DNA from: a virus | Taxonomy: Duplodnaviria > Caudoviricetes | Length of the DNA stretch: 24,212 nucleotides | Virus record (IMG/VR): IMGVR_UViG_3300037755_000118 | Location: 1 to 24,212 of that record | Strand: one strand, 5' to 3' | Position numbers and translations under genes: made by a program | In this document: one piece after another, positions 7,889 to 17,162 of the stretch | Position numbering within the stretch: position 1 is the first letter of the stretch | How the letters are laid out: each line of letters begins with the position of its first letter | Notes under the pieces: generated by a model | What the model saw: the letters and a program-made list of their open reading frames with translations, nothing else | What the model was told of the DNA's origin: nothing | The model's database searches: none

Positions 7889-7915
7889 GCGCCAAGTCTC
7901 CGTTCGTTTCTGCAC

Positions 7916-7924
7916 ATTATAGCA
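7916..7924 (-). promoter_or_regulatory. extended -10 promoter (TGcTATAAT) for the antisense gene
   Basis: The minus strand reads TGCTATAAT, a perfect extended -10 consensus, 28 bp upstream of ATG 7888. Confidence 0.7.
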
Positions 7925-7926
7925 TT

Positions 7927-7956
7927 GCCGTTCTCAAGCGAGGGGACGGGTACAGT
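7927..7956 (+). promoter_or_regulatory. putative promoter, GCCGTT-N18-TACAGT, upstream of portal
   Basis: Motif family member, back-to-back with the antisense promoter. Confidence 0.55.
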
Positions 7957-7993
7957 CAAGAAAATGGGCAAAATTATGCAAGGTGGGATGCGA

Positions 7994-9427
7994 ATGGGCA
8001 TCAGGCAGCGGGTGAGTGAGGTGTTTGGCGGCGGCGGACGCCAGATTATTGCGGAGATCATCGGGCGGGTGAGCTACCTGGTGACGGGTGATCGGTGGAA
8101 GTGGCGGCGCTCTGATGACCGGACGCAGGCGGATTATGAATGGTATGACAATCTGCGGCGGGGCAAGCTGGAGACGTACAAGCTGGGGGCGCTGTTCGCT
8201 AAACCGATTGTGGAGCATATTACGAGCTGGGCGCTGGGCGGGGGCTTCCGGGCGAACACGGAGAGCGAGTCCACGAATGAGGCGCTGGCGGATATGGTGG
8301 ACAAGAATCTGTATGGGATCATTACGTTTGTGAAGGAAGCGATGAGCCTGGGTGATGCGTACCTGGTGATTAATGCGGATGGGACGCTGAGTGCTGTTCC
8401 GGCAAGCCAGGTGGAGGTGGAGACTGATCCACTGGATTACCGCCGGGTGGTGGCGTATACGATCACGACGAGCCTAGAGACGGCGACGATTACGGATCGA
8501 TACAGCCTGGACGCGGGGCGAGTGGTGACGATCAAGCGGGTGAATATGCCGGATGCGACGTTTCCGTATCCGCTGGTGGCGGGACGGCTGCCGGTGGTGC
8601 ATCTGCCGTATGGGGCCAGTACGAATGAGGTGTTCGGGCATCCGTTCTATGAGGCGCTGGTGCCGCTGTTCGCGGAATATGATGACGTGCTGATGAACAG
8701 TTTGCTGGGGGTGAAAACAATGTCTAACCCGATCCCGGCGCTGGAAGACGTGGAGGATCCGGCGGCGGAACTGAAGGCGCTGGCGACGAGCACGGAGACG
8801 TACCGGGACAGCGCGGGGAATACGCAGACGGGGGCGGTGATTGACATTGATGCGCTGCGGATCGTGGCGACGACGGGCAAGTTCAATTACAAGGGTCCGG
8901 CGGCGTTCACGGCGGATAGCTGGCAGATGCTGAAGGCGCTGTTCCTGCTGATGCTGCAACACTCGAACGTCCCGGAGTGGGTGTGGGGTGGGGCGATTGC
9001 GTCGAGCAAGGCGAGTGTGGATGCACAAATGCCAGCGTGGAGTAAGTTCATTGAGATGCAGCGGATGATGCTCGAGGTCACGATCCGGGAGCTTCTGGAA
9101 ATCTGGCTGGCGACGATCAGCCTGTATACACCTGGGGTACAATGGAATCTAGAGATTGAGATCGAATGGCCGGAAGTCGCCCCGGCTGACCAGGCGATGC
9201 ACCTTGCCTACGTAGCAAGGGCGGGTGACAAGGGGCTGATTACCGAAGAGTGCGAGCTTGAGCTGCTGGACCTGGTGAAGGATGCAGCGGCGGAAGTGGC
9301 GGCTGCACGGGCTGAAGCGCAGACGCGGCAGGCGGAACGTGATCCCATCGGGGATGGGTGGGAGCGTGCGCTGGACGAGGCGCGACGGAATCTGGATATG
9401 CGGGATGAAGAGGCTGAGGCGGCATGA
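7994..9427 (+). CDS. portal protein
   Basis: ~477 aa after terL, with AKPIVEHITSWALGGGF, AMSLGDAYL, PVVHL...NEVFGHP, VPEWVWG and IEWPEV. Start placed at ATG 7994 (or 7988) after AAGGTGGG, not at 7823. Confidence 0.85.
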   Translation: MGIRQRVSEVFGGGGRQIIAEIIGRVSYLVTGDRWKWRRSDDRTQADYEWYDNLRRGKLETYKLGALFAKPIVEHITSWALGGGFRANTESESTNEALADMVDKNLYGIITFVKEAMSLGDAYLVINADGTLSAVPASQVEVETDPLDYRRVVAYTITTSLETATITDRYSLDAGRVVTIKRVNMPDATFPYPLVAGRLPVVHLPYGASTNEVFGHPFYEALVPLFAEYDDVLMNSLLGVKTMSNPIPALEDVEDPAAELKALATSTETYRDSAGNTQTGAVIDIDALRIVATTGKFNYKGPAAFTADSWQMLKALFLLMLQHSNVPEWVWGGAIASSKASVDAQMPAWSKFIEMQRMMLEVTIRELLEIWLATISLYTPGVQWNLEIEIEWPEVAPADQAMHLAYVARAGDKGLITEECELELLDLVKDAAAEVAAARAEAQTRQAERDPIGDGWERALDEARRNLDMRDEEAEAA

Positions 9428-9660
9428 GCCAAGCACTTGCACGACGACGGACTGAGATTGAACACTTTATATCGCTCATCAAACGCAGCCGGGATGAAGC
9501 TGTTCATCCAGACATTATCGCGCAATGTGATGAAGACCTGGAAGAAACGCATCAATGGTTAAAAAGTGTGGAATTGTGTGAGGTCGAGGGCTGCATCCCG
9601 TATGAACTCGGTGAAGGCAGCAGGACTTATGGCTGCCGTCGATGTGGGGCAACTTGGTAA
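9424..9660 (+). CDS. hypothetical protein with C-terminal Cys motifs
   Basis: ATGA overlap with the portal stop and GAGG RBS. Contains CEVEGC and CRRC. Confidence 0.65.
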   Translation: MSQALARRRTEIEHFISLIKRSRDEAVHPDIIAQCDEDLEETHQWLKSVELCEVEGCIPYELGEGSRTYGCRRCGATW

Positions 9661-9666
9661 ATCGGG

Positions 9667-9687
9667 CTGACAGAAAGTGCGTTATCG
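9667..9687 (+). repeat. dif-like junction site 5
   Basis: CTGACAGAA-AGTGCG-TTATCG, 6 bp after the stop at 9660. Confidence 0.8.
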
Positions 9688-9710
9688 AGCCAAGAGTGTA
9701 GGAGCAACAA

Positions 9711-10088
9711 ATGAAAATTGGACCGCCATTGACTGCGTTTTTAGCGATGCGCCCAGGTGAGATGTTTCACCTTTCAGAGCGACCTTACGATCAGGCGGGG
9801 TGTTACGCGGTGATGCTGCATGAGACTCCGCTATTTCCGGGCAGCGAACATCATCCTGAGAGCAAGAATTTCACTGTGCTTTGTGCTGGATGGTACAACA
9901 CAGAGGAAGGCGAGCTTGGAGAGGAACGCGCATGGGGTTGGGTTCATCTTGAAGCATCCACTAAAGAAATCATTGGGAACGGGCTTGAAAACATTCACGC
10001 TGTGCCGGGAAAATGGTATTACATGCTGACTTCGGGCGCTCTGGGCAACCGTCCACCTGAACATTTTAAGGTCGGGGTTAATGACTGA
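9711..10088 (+). CDS. hypothetical protein
   Basis: AGGAG RBS before the ATG. 125 aa. Composition less G-skewed than core genes. Confidence 0.7.
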   Translation: MKIGPPLTAFLAMRPGEMFHLSERPYDQAGCYAVMLHETPLFPGSEHHPESKNFTVLCAGWYNTEEGELGEERAWGWVHLEASTKEIIGNGLENIHAVPGKWYYMLTSGALGNRPPEHFKVGVND

Positions 10089-10335
10089 GACAAAGAGCCT
10101 GGCGGCTGTAATGCGGAAGATTGGCGAACACTGCGAATACCCGGAGCTGGTGCGGATGCGTGGGCAAATCCTGCTGGCGTATGACAAGAATAAGGCGTCG
10201 CGGGATAACCTGGTGTTTGTTGAACCTGTGGAGATCGCTGGGCATGTGCTGGCGCGGATCGAGGCGGGTGAGGCGGTGGGCGATATTCTGGACATGCAGC
10301 CTGAAGAACTGCTGAGGGCGGTACGTGGCGACTAG
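10081..10335 (+). CDS. hypothetical protein
   Basis: Overlaps both neighbours in operon fashion, with core-type codon usage. Confidence 0.65.
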   Translation: MTETKSLAAVMRKIGEHCEYPELVRMRGQILLAYDKNKASRDNLVFVEPVEIAGHVLARIEAGEAVGDILDMQPEELLRAVRGD

Positions 10336-11401
10336 GGTGATTCGGGATGCACGGCTGCTGCCTGGGGCGCAGGTGCGTTTCAAGCGGGCGTATACGGGTT
10401 TGATGGGTGAAGCCTCGGCGGGGATTGCCGGGGTTTTGCTGCGTGAATCGGTGGACGGCAAAATCCCGGTGCGGCGGGCGGATGTGGTCGCGGCGGCGGC
10501 GGGTGATGTGGTGCAGCAGGTGTTTGTGGTGGATGGGCGGCGGAGTGTGGACGCGGATGGTGTGCCGCTGTCGCCGTATGCACGAGCGCTGCTGACGGAG
10601 GTATACGCCGTTGCGGTAGGTGTGGTGAATCGTCATGCGGATTTTATGGAGCGGCATCTGGACGAGGAGACGCGGCTGCTGCTGAATATGCAGTCGCGGC
10701 GGATCAGCGAGCAGGGTCCGCACCGGCTGTTTGAACCGAAACCGCTGGCGTTCTACGAACCTGCTCATACGTGGGTCGATCCCAGGGGATATGTTCTGTC
10801 TCAGCGCATCTGGCAGAACGGGGTGCGGACGCGGCAGAACCTGGACGATCTGCTGACGGATTTGATCCGGCAGGGGGTGGGCAGCCAGCAGATTGCGCGG
10901 CAGGTGGAACGGTATCTTCTGCCAGGACGGGCGAAAATCCGCACGAATAAGCCCTATGGGAGTGATGCGAGCTTTGACGCGATGCGGCTGGCGCGGACGG
11001 AGATCAGCCGGGCGCACAATCAGGCGTCGTGGGTGGCGGCGTACCTGAACCCGTATGTGGATCAGATTCGGGTGATGCGTTCGCCGAGTGGGGATGCGAG
11101 ATGCCCGATCTGCCTGGAGCACGCGGGACCGGTGGGCGGCGAGGGGATTGTCTACGAGATGAATTCGGGCACGATCCCGCCATTTCATCCGCACTGCATG
11201 TGCCGGGTTGATGCGGAGGTGACGCGATCCCCTGATGATGTGACGGGCGAACTGCGCGATATGCTGCGCGATGCGGAGCGGGAGCTGATCCCGATGGTGA
11301 CGCCGGTGCAGCGGGACACGTTTATTGAGATGCTGATCGGCGCGGCGGTGGCACAATTTTTGCAGCAGCTTCTGCCGATTCAATTTGAGTTAGGATTTTG
11401 A
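10325..11401 (+). CDS. head morphogenesis / minor head protein (SPP1 gp7, Mu gpF-like)
   Basis: RLARTEISRAH, CPIC and PPFHPHCMC signature motifs, downstream of portal. Confidence 0.85.
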   Translation: MATRVIRDARLLPGAQVRFKRAYTGLMGEASAGIAGVLLRESVDGKIPVRRADVVAAAAGDVVQQVFVVDGRRSVDADGVPLSPYARALLTEVYAVAVGVVNRHADFMERHLDEETRLLLNMQSRRISEQGPHRLFEPKPLAFYEPAHTWVDPRGYVLSQRIWQNGVRTRQNLDDLLTDLIRQGVGSQQIARQVERYLLPGRAKIRTNKPYGSDASFDAMRLARTEISRAHNQASWVAAYLNPYVDQIRVMRSPSGDARCPICLEHAGPVGGEGIVYEMNSGTIPPFHPHCMCRVDAEVTRSPDDVTGELRDMLRDAERELIPMVTPVQRDTFIEMLIGAAVAQFLQQLLPIQFELGF

Positions 11402-11403
11402 GT

Positions 11404-12588
11404 ATGGGCAAGCGGGTTTTGATCTTTGCGCCCACCGTTGGGCGTGGGGGTGTGCGGCGGGTGGTTGAGGCGCTGTGTGCGACGTTTGCGCGGCGGCGGA
11501 GCTGGACGTTTGATGTGCTGGGGCAGACGTATGACGAGCTGGGGGACGCGATCGCCTGGCCCGACGGGTGGAACTTTACGCAGATTCGCCCGGTGGATAA
11601 GCTGCCGCTGCACCCGGAGTTGTTCGCGTTCCTAATGTCGCATCGGGCGGACTTCTTCGCGCATCTGGCGGAGGTGGCGGGGGATTATGACCTGATATTC
11701 TGCCCTAGTCCCTGGTGGGCGTTCATTGGTAGCTATCCGGTTGAGACGCCGGTGGTGAGCTTCATCCCGGATTTCGCGTTCGACTTCGGGATTGTGGGCA
11801 GCACGCTGGAGGCTTACTTCCGGGGTATATCGCCGATCATCGCCAAACATTCGGCGCATGTGGTGTTCCCGTCGGATGGTGTGCGGCATCACGGCGAGGA
11901 GCGGTACGGGATGACGGGCAGCACGATCTACTTCAGCACGGATATTGCGGCGAGCGGAGGGGATGATAAATATTCTTCTGTGAGGCTGAAGTATGGTTTG
12001 CCGGAGCAGTATGTGCTGGCATTTCACTGCTATGGACATAAGGGCGCGGAGGTGATTATCCGGGGGCAGGAATACGCCAGGCGGCGGAGCAAGTATGTGC
12101 CTCCGCTGGTGATCGCGGGGTTGCAGACGCAGTATTACCTGGATGCCGTGCCCGTTAATTCGCATGTGAAAATGATCCAGGACACGATCCGCCAGTGCAG
12201 CGGGACGGTGGGGCGGGATGTGTTTATCCTGGGGGCGGTAAGCGACGAGGAGATGAACGCGCTGCACGTGGGCGCGACGGTGGCAGTGACGGCGACTCGG
12301 AGCGAGGGCGGGCTATCCGGGACGATGCTGGAAGCGATACGGACGGGTACGCCGCTGGTGTGTTCAGAGCTGGATGTTTTCCGGGAGCGGCTGACGGAAT
12401 GGAATGTGAGCTTCTTCCCGGTAGACGATCATGCGGCGCTGGGTGAGCAGTTGATCCGGGTGTGCCGGAATCGGATTGTGTATGCGGGAAACGCGGGAGA
12501 AACGCGGGAGCAATTTGCCAAATATACGATGACCGATGTAGCAGGGCAATACATCGATGTGTTTGAGAGGGTAATCAATGGACGATAA
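11404..12588 (+). CDS. glycosyltransferase, GT-B fold (GT4-like)
   Basis: N-terminal [11 protein letters not shown], and C-terminal [24 protein letters not shown] donor-binding motif. Alternative start TTG 11398. Confidence 0.85.
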   Translation: MGKRVLIFAPTVGRGGVRRVVEALCATFARRRSWTFDVLGQTYDELGDAIAWPDGWNFTQIRPVDKLPLHPELFAFLMSHRADFFAHLAEVAGDYDLIFCPSPWWAFIGSYPVETPVVSFIPDFAFDFGIVGSTLEAYFRGISPIIAKHSAHVVFPSDGVRHHGEERYGMTGSTIYFSTDIAASGGDDKYSSVRLKYGLPEQYVLAFHCYGHKGAEVIIRGQEYARRRSKYVPPLVIAGLQTQYYLDAVPVNSHVKMIQDTIRQCSGTVGRDVFILGAVSDEEMNALHVGATVAVTATRSEGGLSGTMLEAIRTGTPLVCSELDVFRERLTEWNVSFFPVDDHAALGEQLIRVCRNRIVYAGNAGETREQFAKYTMTDVAGQYIDVFERVINGR

Positions 12589-13234
12589 GACACTGATGAT
12601 TTTTGGCGCGGGTGGGGCGGCACGGGATGCGGCGCACGTCGCGGTGAGTATGGGCGGCTGGCAGGTGTGGGGAATGATTGAGCGGGATACTGAGGCATGG
12701 GCGCTGGCGCAGGTCAACGAATGCCATGCGGTGATTGGCATCGGGCAACCGGGTGTGATCCGCAGTATTCATGAGCGGATGCTGAAGCGGGAGGGCATCT
12801 GCTGGGCGAACATTATCCATCCACGTGCGGACATGGGGCATGTGGTGAGCATGGGGAGCGGGAATATTATCGCTTCGGGCGCGACGTTCGCGGTGGATAT
12901 TACGATGGGGCACTGCAACAACATCAACCTGAACGCGACGATTGGGCATGACTGCAATATTGGGAATTACTGTGTGGTGCTGCCTGGGGCGAATGTGTCG
13001 GGCAATGTCATCCTGGAAGATGAAGTCCTGATTGGCAGCGGCGCGGTGGTGCTGCCTGGCGTGCGTATCGGCGCGGGCGCGGTGGTGGGTGCGGGTGCTG
13101 TCGTGACGCGGGATGTGCTGCCGGGTATGACGGTGGTGGGTGTTCCGGCGCGGATGCTGGTTAAGACAGAGGGGTATGATCCGCTGGCAAATGGGGCGCA
13201 CCTGATCCCGGATTTCTGGGGGAATAGGGGATGA
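12578..13234 (+). CDS. sugar N-/O-acetyltransferase (PglD/PerB/NeuD family, left-handed beta-helix)
   Basis: [10 protein letters not shown]-terminus, IGIG.P, NIIHP, IGHDC, hexapeptide repeats and VVGVPAR. Confidence 0.92.
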   Translation: MDDKTLMIFGAGGAARDAAHVAVSMGGWQVWGMIERDTEAWALAQVNECHAVIGIGQPGVIRSIHERMLKREGICWANIIHPRADMGHVVSMGSGNIIASGATFAVDITMGHCNNINLNATIGHDCNIGNYCVVLPGANVSGNVILEDEVLIGSGAVVLPGVRIGAGAVVGAGAVVTRDVLPGMTVVGVPARMLVKTEGYDPLANGAHLIPDFWGNRG

Positions 13235-14301
13235 TCCCACTGTCGAGTCTTGAACTGGATCAACGCGCACATGAGTATGTGAATGATGCGCTGCGGCGTA
13301 ACTGGATCAGCGGTGTGGGCGATTATATTCCACGCTTCGAGGCTGCTTTGTCGCAGAAGATTGGGCGTAGGCATACCATCGCCGTGTCGAACGGGACGGA
13401 CGCGCTGGAACTGGCGCTGAAGGGTCTGGGCGTGGGGGCGGGTGACGAGGTGATTGTGCCTGCTCTGACGTTTGCTGCACCTGCGGCGGCGGTGTGCAAC
13501 GTGGGTGCGAAACCCGTGTTCGTGGATGTGCATCTGCGGAGCTGGACGATTGACCCGCTCCAGGTGGTGGTGACGGAGCGAACGAAGGCGCTGATCGCGG
13601 TGGATACGCTAGGGCATCCGGCGGATTACTGGATGCTGCGTGAGGTGGTGGGCGATGTGCCGATTATCCAGGATGCCGCTGAGGCGCACGGGGCGCTGTT
13701 CTGTGGGCAGACGGTGGGGGCGCAGGGTGACATCTCGATCTTTAGTTTCCACGCGAATAAGGCTGTGCCGCTCGGTGAGGGTGGCGCGGTGCTGACGGAT
13801 GATGACGAGCTGGCTGAGAAGATGCGGGAACTGGCGAATCATGGGATGAAGGCAGGGCAGCCGTACTTTCATGAGGTGGTGGGGAGTAACTACCGGCTGC
13901 CGAACTTGCAGGCGGCGATTGGGCTGGCACAGGTGGAACGATGGGACGAGTTGATCGCGGCGCGGGCGGATGTGGCACTGTACTACGATGCGTTGCTGCC
14001 GGTGATGATGGGCAGGCGTCCGGCGTGTGTGTGGGCGACGCCTTCGACGTGGCTGTACTGCATTGCGCTGAACAATCGGTTTGAGCGCGATCTGCTGCTG
14101 GGCAAGCTGCAAGCGGCGGGGATTGATGCGCGGGCGCTGTGGCGTCCTCTGCCGGAGATGCCCCCTTATGCTGATGGGCGTGAGTATCCGATGGCGCGGG
14201 CGATCAGCGATGGGGGTTTGCTGCTGCCGACGTGGGCGGGGATGACGCTGGATGATGTGCGGCAAGTGGTGGGTGTGATCGCGGCGGAGCGGGTGGCGTA
14301 G
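13231..14301 (+). CDS. DegT/DnrJ/EryC1/StrS PLP-dependent aminotransferase (perosamine synthase-like)
   Basis: [45 protein letters not shown] (PLP lysine)..GEGG and GSNYRL. Confidence 0.93.
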   Translation: MIPLSSLELDQRAHEYVNDALRRNWISGVGDYIPRFEAALSQKIGRRHTIAVSNGTDALELALKGLGVGAGDEVIVPALTFAAPAAAVCNVGAKPVFVDVHLRSWTIDPLQVVVTERTKALIAVDTLGHPADYWMLREVVGDVPIIQDAAEAHGALFCGQTVGAQGDISIFSFHANKAVPLGEGGAVLTDDDELAEKMRELANHGMKAGQPYFHEVVGSNYRLPNLQAAIGLAQVERWDELIAARADVALYYDALLPVMMGRRPACVWATPSTWLYCIALNNRFERDLLLGKLQAAGIDARALWRPLPEMPPYADGREYPMARAISDGGLLLPTWAGMTLDDVRQVVGVIAAERVA

Positions 14302-14310
14302 GCGGGCAGG

Positions 14311-14331
14311 CGGGCAGAATATCTATTATCG
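14311..14331 (+). repeat. dif-like junction site 6
   Basis: CGGGCAGAA-TATCTA-TTATCG, 9 bp after the aminotransferase stop. Confidence 0.7.
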
Positions 14332-14342
14332 GAGGTTGAGAA

Positions 14343-14561
14343 GTGAACAACAAACTGGAACCATTCACGTTTTGCCAACTCTGCGCTATACAAAGTGGCT
14401 TAGAGGACTGGTTGCAAACCAGAGGGGATATGCTCACTACAGATAAGCTGAAAGAAATCAAGCTGCTGAACATCGAAGTCGCAAAGGAACTTGAATGCAG
14501 AATTACCATTAATCGGCAGCGGTTGGTGTTAAACGATCCGCTTTATCGGAGGTTGGGATGA
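14343..14561 (+). CDS. hypothetical protein
   Basis: GGAGG RBS before GTG. AT-richer than its flanks. Confidence 0.6.
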   Translation: MNNKLEPFTFCQLCAIQSGLEDWLQTRGDMLTTDKLKEIKLLNIEVAKELECRITINRQRLVLNDPLYRRLG

Positions 14562-14836
14562 AATTAAGTCACAATCAGCTATTTGTCCTTGAGTACGGGG
14601 CAAGGAAAGGCGGAAAGTTCAATAACCTTGTCTACCCCGGAACGCTCAAGTTACCCAAAGGTCACACCAGGGCATTAAATGCACATACACTGAAGAGTCT
14701 GGAAAAGTTGGATTTGCTAGTGTGCGTATCGGGTTTTCCGGGCGGTATCGGCAGTCGTTACCAATTGACCAAAGAAGGTCTGAAAATCGGCAGGAAACAA
14801 GCCCGTCTGCGAGGGCGGGGTTTACTGAAGAATTGA
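14558..14836 (+). CDS. hypothetical basic protein, possible winged-helix
   Basis: GGAGG RBS and ATGA overlap. MKLSHNQ...TLKSLEKLDLL...YQLTKEG resembles wHTH proteins. Confidence 0.6.
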   Translation: MKLSHNQLFVLEYGARKGGKFNNLVYPGTLKLPKGHTRALNAHTLKSLEKLDLLVCVSGFPGGIGSRYQLTKEGLKIGRKQARLRGRGLLKN

Positions 14837-14838
14837 GA

Positions 14839-14859
14839 GCTACAGAAAACAACTTATCG
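14839..14859 (+). repeat. dif-like junction site 7
   Basis: GCTACAGAA-AACAAC-TTATCG, 2 bp after the stop at 14836. Confidence 0.75.
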
Positions 14860-14874
14860 AATGATGGAGGCAAG

Positions 14875-15429
14875 ATGTCTACAGATAACGATGGTGAGGA
14901 AGTGCGTAAGATACTGATGGATAGCCCGGATAAGCTCTACGAACAAGTGCGGCAGCAAATTGCAGAGGATAGTGTATTCGTCCTCTCGGATAAGGATCGG
15001 TGGACGCCGCGTGACGCAGGTAAATTGCGGTATGGGCAGCAGAGCATCCCGTATAAGCGGATGCTCGAGGAAAATGAGCCGGAAGTCTACTACAGTCGGC
15101 ATCTTGAACAAGGCACAGCCTACCGAGTATCTAAGGAATTACTGTCTGGACACGGTAAGCTAAAGCCCTTTAATGCTGAACTGATGACAGGTTTTCAGGA
15201 TCGCTTGGAACGTGAATTAAATTCGATCTTTCTGCATGGCGCTCGATATGCACATAGACCCGCGCCTGTGGTTATCCTGTGGCAGCGCAAAGCAAATGAA
15301 TCACTCATCGCATGGGGTAAGCGACTTGCAGAGTATGGATACCTTGACGTGCCAGACATCCGATATGTATATCAGGACGCAGTATGGAGTGCGCCTGTGC
15401 AGTGGGTCAAAAAGATGTTACGGCTTTAG
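14875..15429 (+). CDS. hypothetical protein (~184 aa)
   Basis: GGAGG RBS before ATG 14875. Bounded by sites 7 and 8. Confidence 0.65.
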   Translation: MSTDNDGEEVRKILMDSPDKLYEQVRQQIAEDSVFVLSDKDRWTPRDAGKLRYGQQSIPYKRMLEENEPEVYYSRHLEQGTAYRVSKELLSGHGKLKPFNAELMTGFQDRLERELNSIFLHGARYAHRPAPVVILWQRKANESLIAWGKRLAEYGYLDVPDIRYVYQDAVWSAPVQWVKKMLRL

Positions 15430-15435
15430 GTGAGC

Positions 15436-15456
15436 CTGACATAAAGGTGGTTATCG
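15436..15456 (+). repeat. dif-like junction site 8
   Basis: CTGACATAA-AGGTGG-TTATCG, 6 bp after the stop at 15429. Confidence 0.8.
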
Positions 15457-15470
15457 TCTGCTGAAAGATT

Positions 15471-15519
15471 GCCGATAAGTTGAGGGAGAGCCGTCAATAT
15501 TAAGGATGACGGCTTTTTT
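15471..15519 (+). promoter_or_regulatory. overlapping promoter-like motif and terminator hairpin before the head operon
   Basis: GCCGAT-N18-CAATAT. Stem AGCCGTCA (15489-15496)/TGACGGCT (15507-15514) plus T-tract. Confidence 0.65.
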
Positions 15520-15539
15520 GATTCAGGTGGTGATGGGCA

Positions 15540-16637
15540 ATGAGCGAAACATTACACGTACAGATCAGTGAGCTTCGCGGTGACATGCCGGATGTTCCGT
15601 ATGCGCCAGGCATCGATCATGCGGCGCTGGTGGCGGGTGACGTGAACCCGGTTTTCGTCACACTGCCACTGCTGGAGACTGGCGCAGTTTCCAGGCACGG
15701 GCGGCGCTACGGTGAGGCGGCGGTGCGTGCGGTGGTGGAGCAGGTCAATGCGAATAAGCCAGGCGGCATCCTGGGACACATGAGCAACGCGGAACGGTCG
15801 ACACGATTCGACCTTCCGTCGCTGATGTGGGTCGGCGCGACGTACCAGGACGGAAAAGCGTGGGGTAAGGCGTATATTCCACCTTACGCGGACAATGTGC
15901 GGCAGTATGTCGTCAAGAGCAAGGCGCGGCGGGCAAAGATCGCTACGTCCATTTATGGCAGTGCTGTGATGGATGGTGCGGATGTTCGCAGCCTGGAGCT
16001 TGAGAGCATCGACCTGGCAGACCCGACGCGGGCGGGGGTGGGTGCGGCGGTGGCAGAGCCGATCATCACCAGTGAAATGAGTGATTCACAGGAGGGCGAT
16101 ATGCCTGAAGGTACGAGTGAACTTATCAGTGAACTGCGGGGCGAGCGCGATACTGCACGGCAGCAGACGCAGACCTTGCAGACGCAGATCAACGAAATGC
16201 AAGGACGGATTGGCGAACTGGAACCACACGCGGCTGTGGTGACGGCGATCCGCGAGATGATCCCCTCGGGGGATATTGTGCAGACGATCCGCGAGATGCA
16301 GACGGCGTTTGCTGAGGTGCAGCGTTTGCGTCTGGCGGAGCAGATCGACACGGCGGTTACGACTGCGCTGGGTGATATTGCCCAGAATGAACGCGGTGCT
16401 GTGCTGATCCGCGAGATGGTGGGACCGGTGGAGAACGCAGACGCTGCGACTGCACGGGTGAAACATCTGCTGACAACCGATCATGTCCAGGCGATGCTGA
16501 AGGCGCTGGTGAGTGAGATGGGCGGTCCGGGCGCGATAGTGGGTGGTCAGGGGCAGGGGCAGACTGACCAACGTCAGCAGATGGCGGATAACGCGGAGCA
16601 GTTCGCACAGCAGTACGGCATTAACATCCGGCAGTAG
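15540..16637 (+). CDS. prohead protease / scaffold fusion
   Basis: SRHGRRY, LGH, TSIYG and SIDLADP..AG fit the HK97/herpes-type protease pattern, followed by a coiled-coil C-terminus. Lies upstream of decoration and capsid genes. Confidence 0.75.
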   Translation: MSETLHVQISELRGDMPDVPYAPGIDHAALVAGDVNPVFVTLPLLETGAVSRHGRRYGEAAVRAVVEQVNANKPGGILGHMSNAERSTRFDLPSLMWVGATYQDGKAWGKAYIPPYADNVRQYVVKSKARRAKIATSIYGSAVMDGADVRSLELESIDLADPTRAGVGAAVAEPIITSEMSDSQEGDMPEGTSELISELRGERDTARQQTQTLQTQINEMQGRIGELEPHAAVVTAIREMIPSGDIVQTIREMQTAFAEVQRLRLAEQIDTAVTTALGDIAQNERGAVLIREMVGPVENADAATARVKHLLTTDHVQAMLKALVSEMGGPGAIVGGQGQGQTDQRQQMADNAEQFAQQYGINIRQ

Positions 16638-16683
16638 GCACATGGCTGCCTAACCGGGACGATCACAGCGGGCGGTGAGGGTG

Positions 16684-16704
16684 CGATAACCGCTCTTCTG
16701 TAAG
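16684..16704 (-). repeat. dif-like junction site 9
   Basis: Minus strand CTTACAGAA-GAGCGG-TTATCG, in the 16638-16734 intergenic gap. Confidence 0.75.
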
Positions 16705-16734
16705 CATAACGACGGGCATATGAGGATATAGATC

Positions 16735-17130
16735 ATGCCAGATTTGGTTTTTACAGCAGCAAATGTTCGGGCGAAGGATACCTTTGCCCTGATGAGTCAA
16801 TTCGAGGCAGCGGCGGCGGTTGAACTGGGCGAGGCATGTGAACTGCTGGATACCGGGGCGATCCGCAAGACTGCCGACGATAGTGCAGGGTTCGAGGGCA
16901 TTATCGTATCGACGGAAAATAAAGGGACCACAGCAGCGGCTGGTGAAATGGTCGGCGTGGTTTCGTTTGGTGATGTGGTCGGGTTTGAAGACCTGACACC
17001 GGGCGCTCTGTACTATCTGAGCGCGAATGCGGGCAATATTGCCGACACGGGCACGATTGCTATTGCGTATGCGGTGGATGAGCAGACCTTGCGGGTGATG
17101 CCTGCGCTGGCTGACCGTCCTTATCAATAG
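16735..17130 (+). CDS. head decoration / capsid cement protein
   Basis: 131 aa, Ala/Gly-rich, with G.V.GF..LTPGALYYLS...G.I, between scaffold and capsid genes. GAGG RBS. Confidence 0.7.
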   Translation: MPDLVFTAANVRAKDTFALMSQFEAAAAVELGEACELLDTGAIRKTADDSAGFEGIIVSTENKGTTAAAGEMVGVVSFGDVVGFEDLTPGALYYLSANAGNIADTGTIAIAYAVDEQTLRVMPALADRPYQ

Positions 17131-17162
17131 TCCAGTCCGGTAAATGAGGAGGAATAAATCTC

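Noticed and set aside
7823-7993. Long N-terminal extension of the portal ORF
   Set aside because: It overlaps the antisense gene and both promoters. A better RBS precedes ATG 7988/7994.
11375-11404. GCCGAT upstream of the glycosyltransferase as a seventh promoter
   Set aside because: It is intragenic, and no convincing -10 hexamer lies at 17-19 bp spacing.
15471-15478. GCCGATAA as a sigma-28 -10 element (also at 22356)
   Set aside because: There is no TAAA about 15 bp upstream, and the family consistently has a -10-like hexamer 17-19 bp downstream. Not fully excluded.
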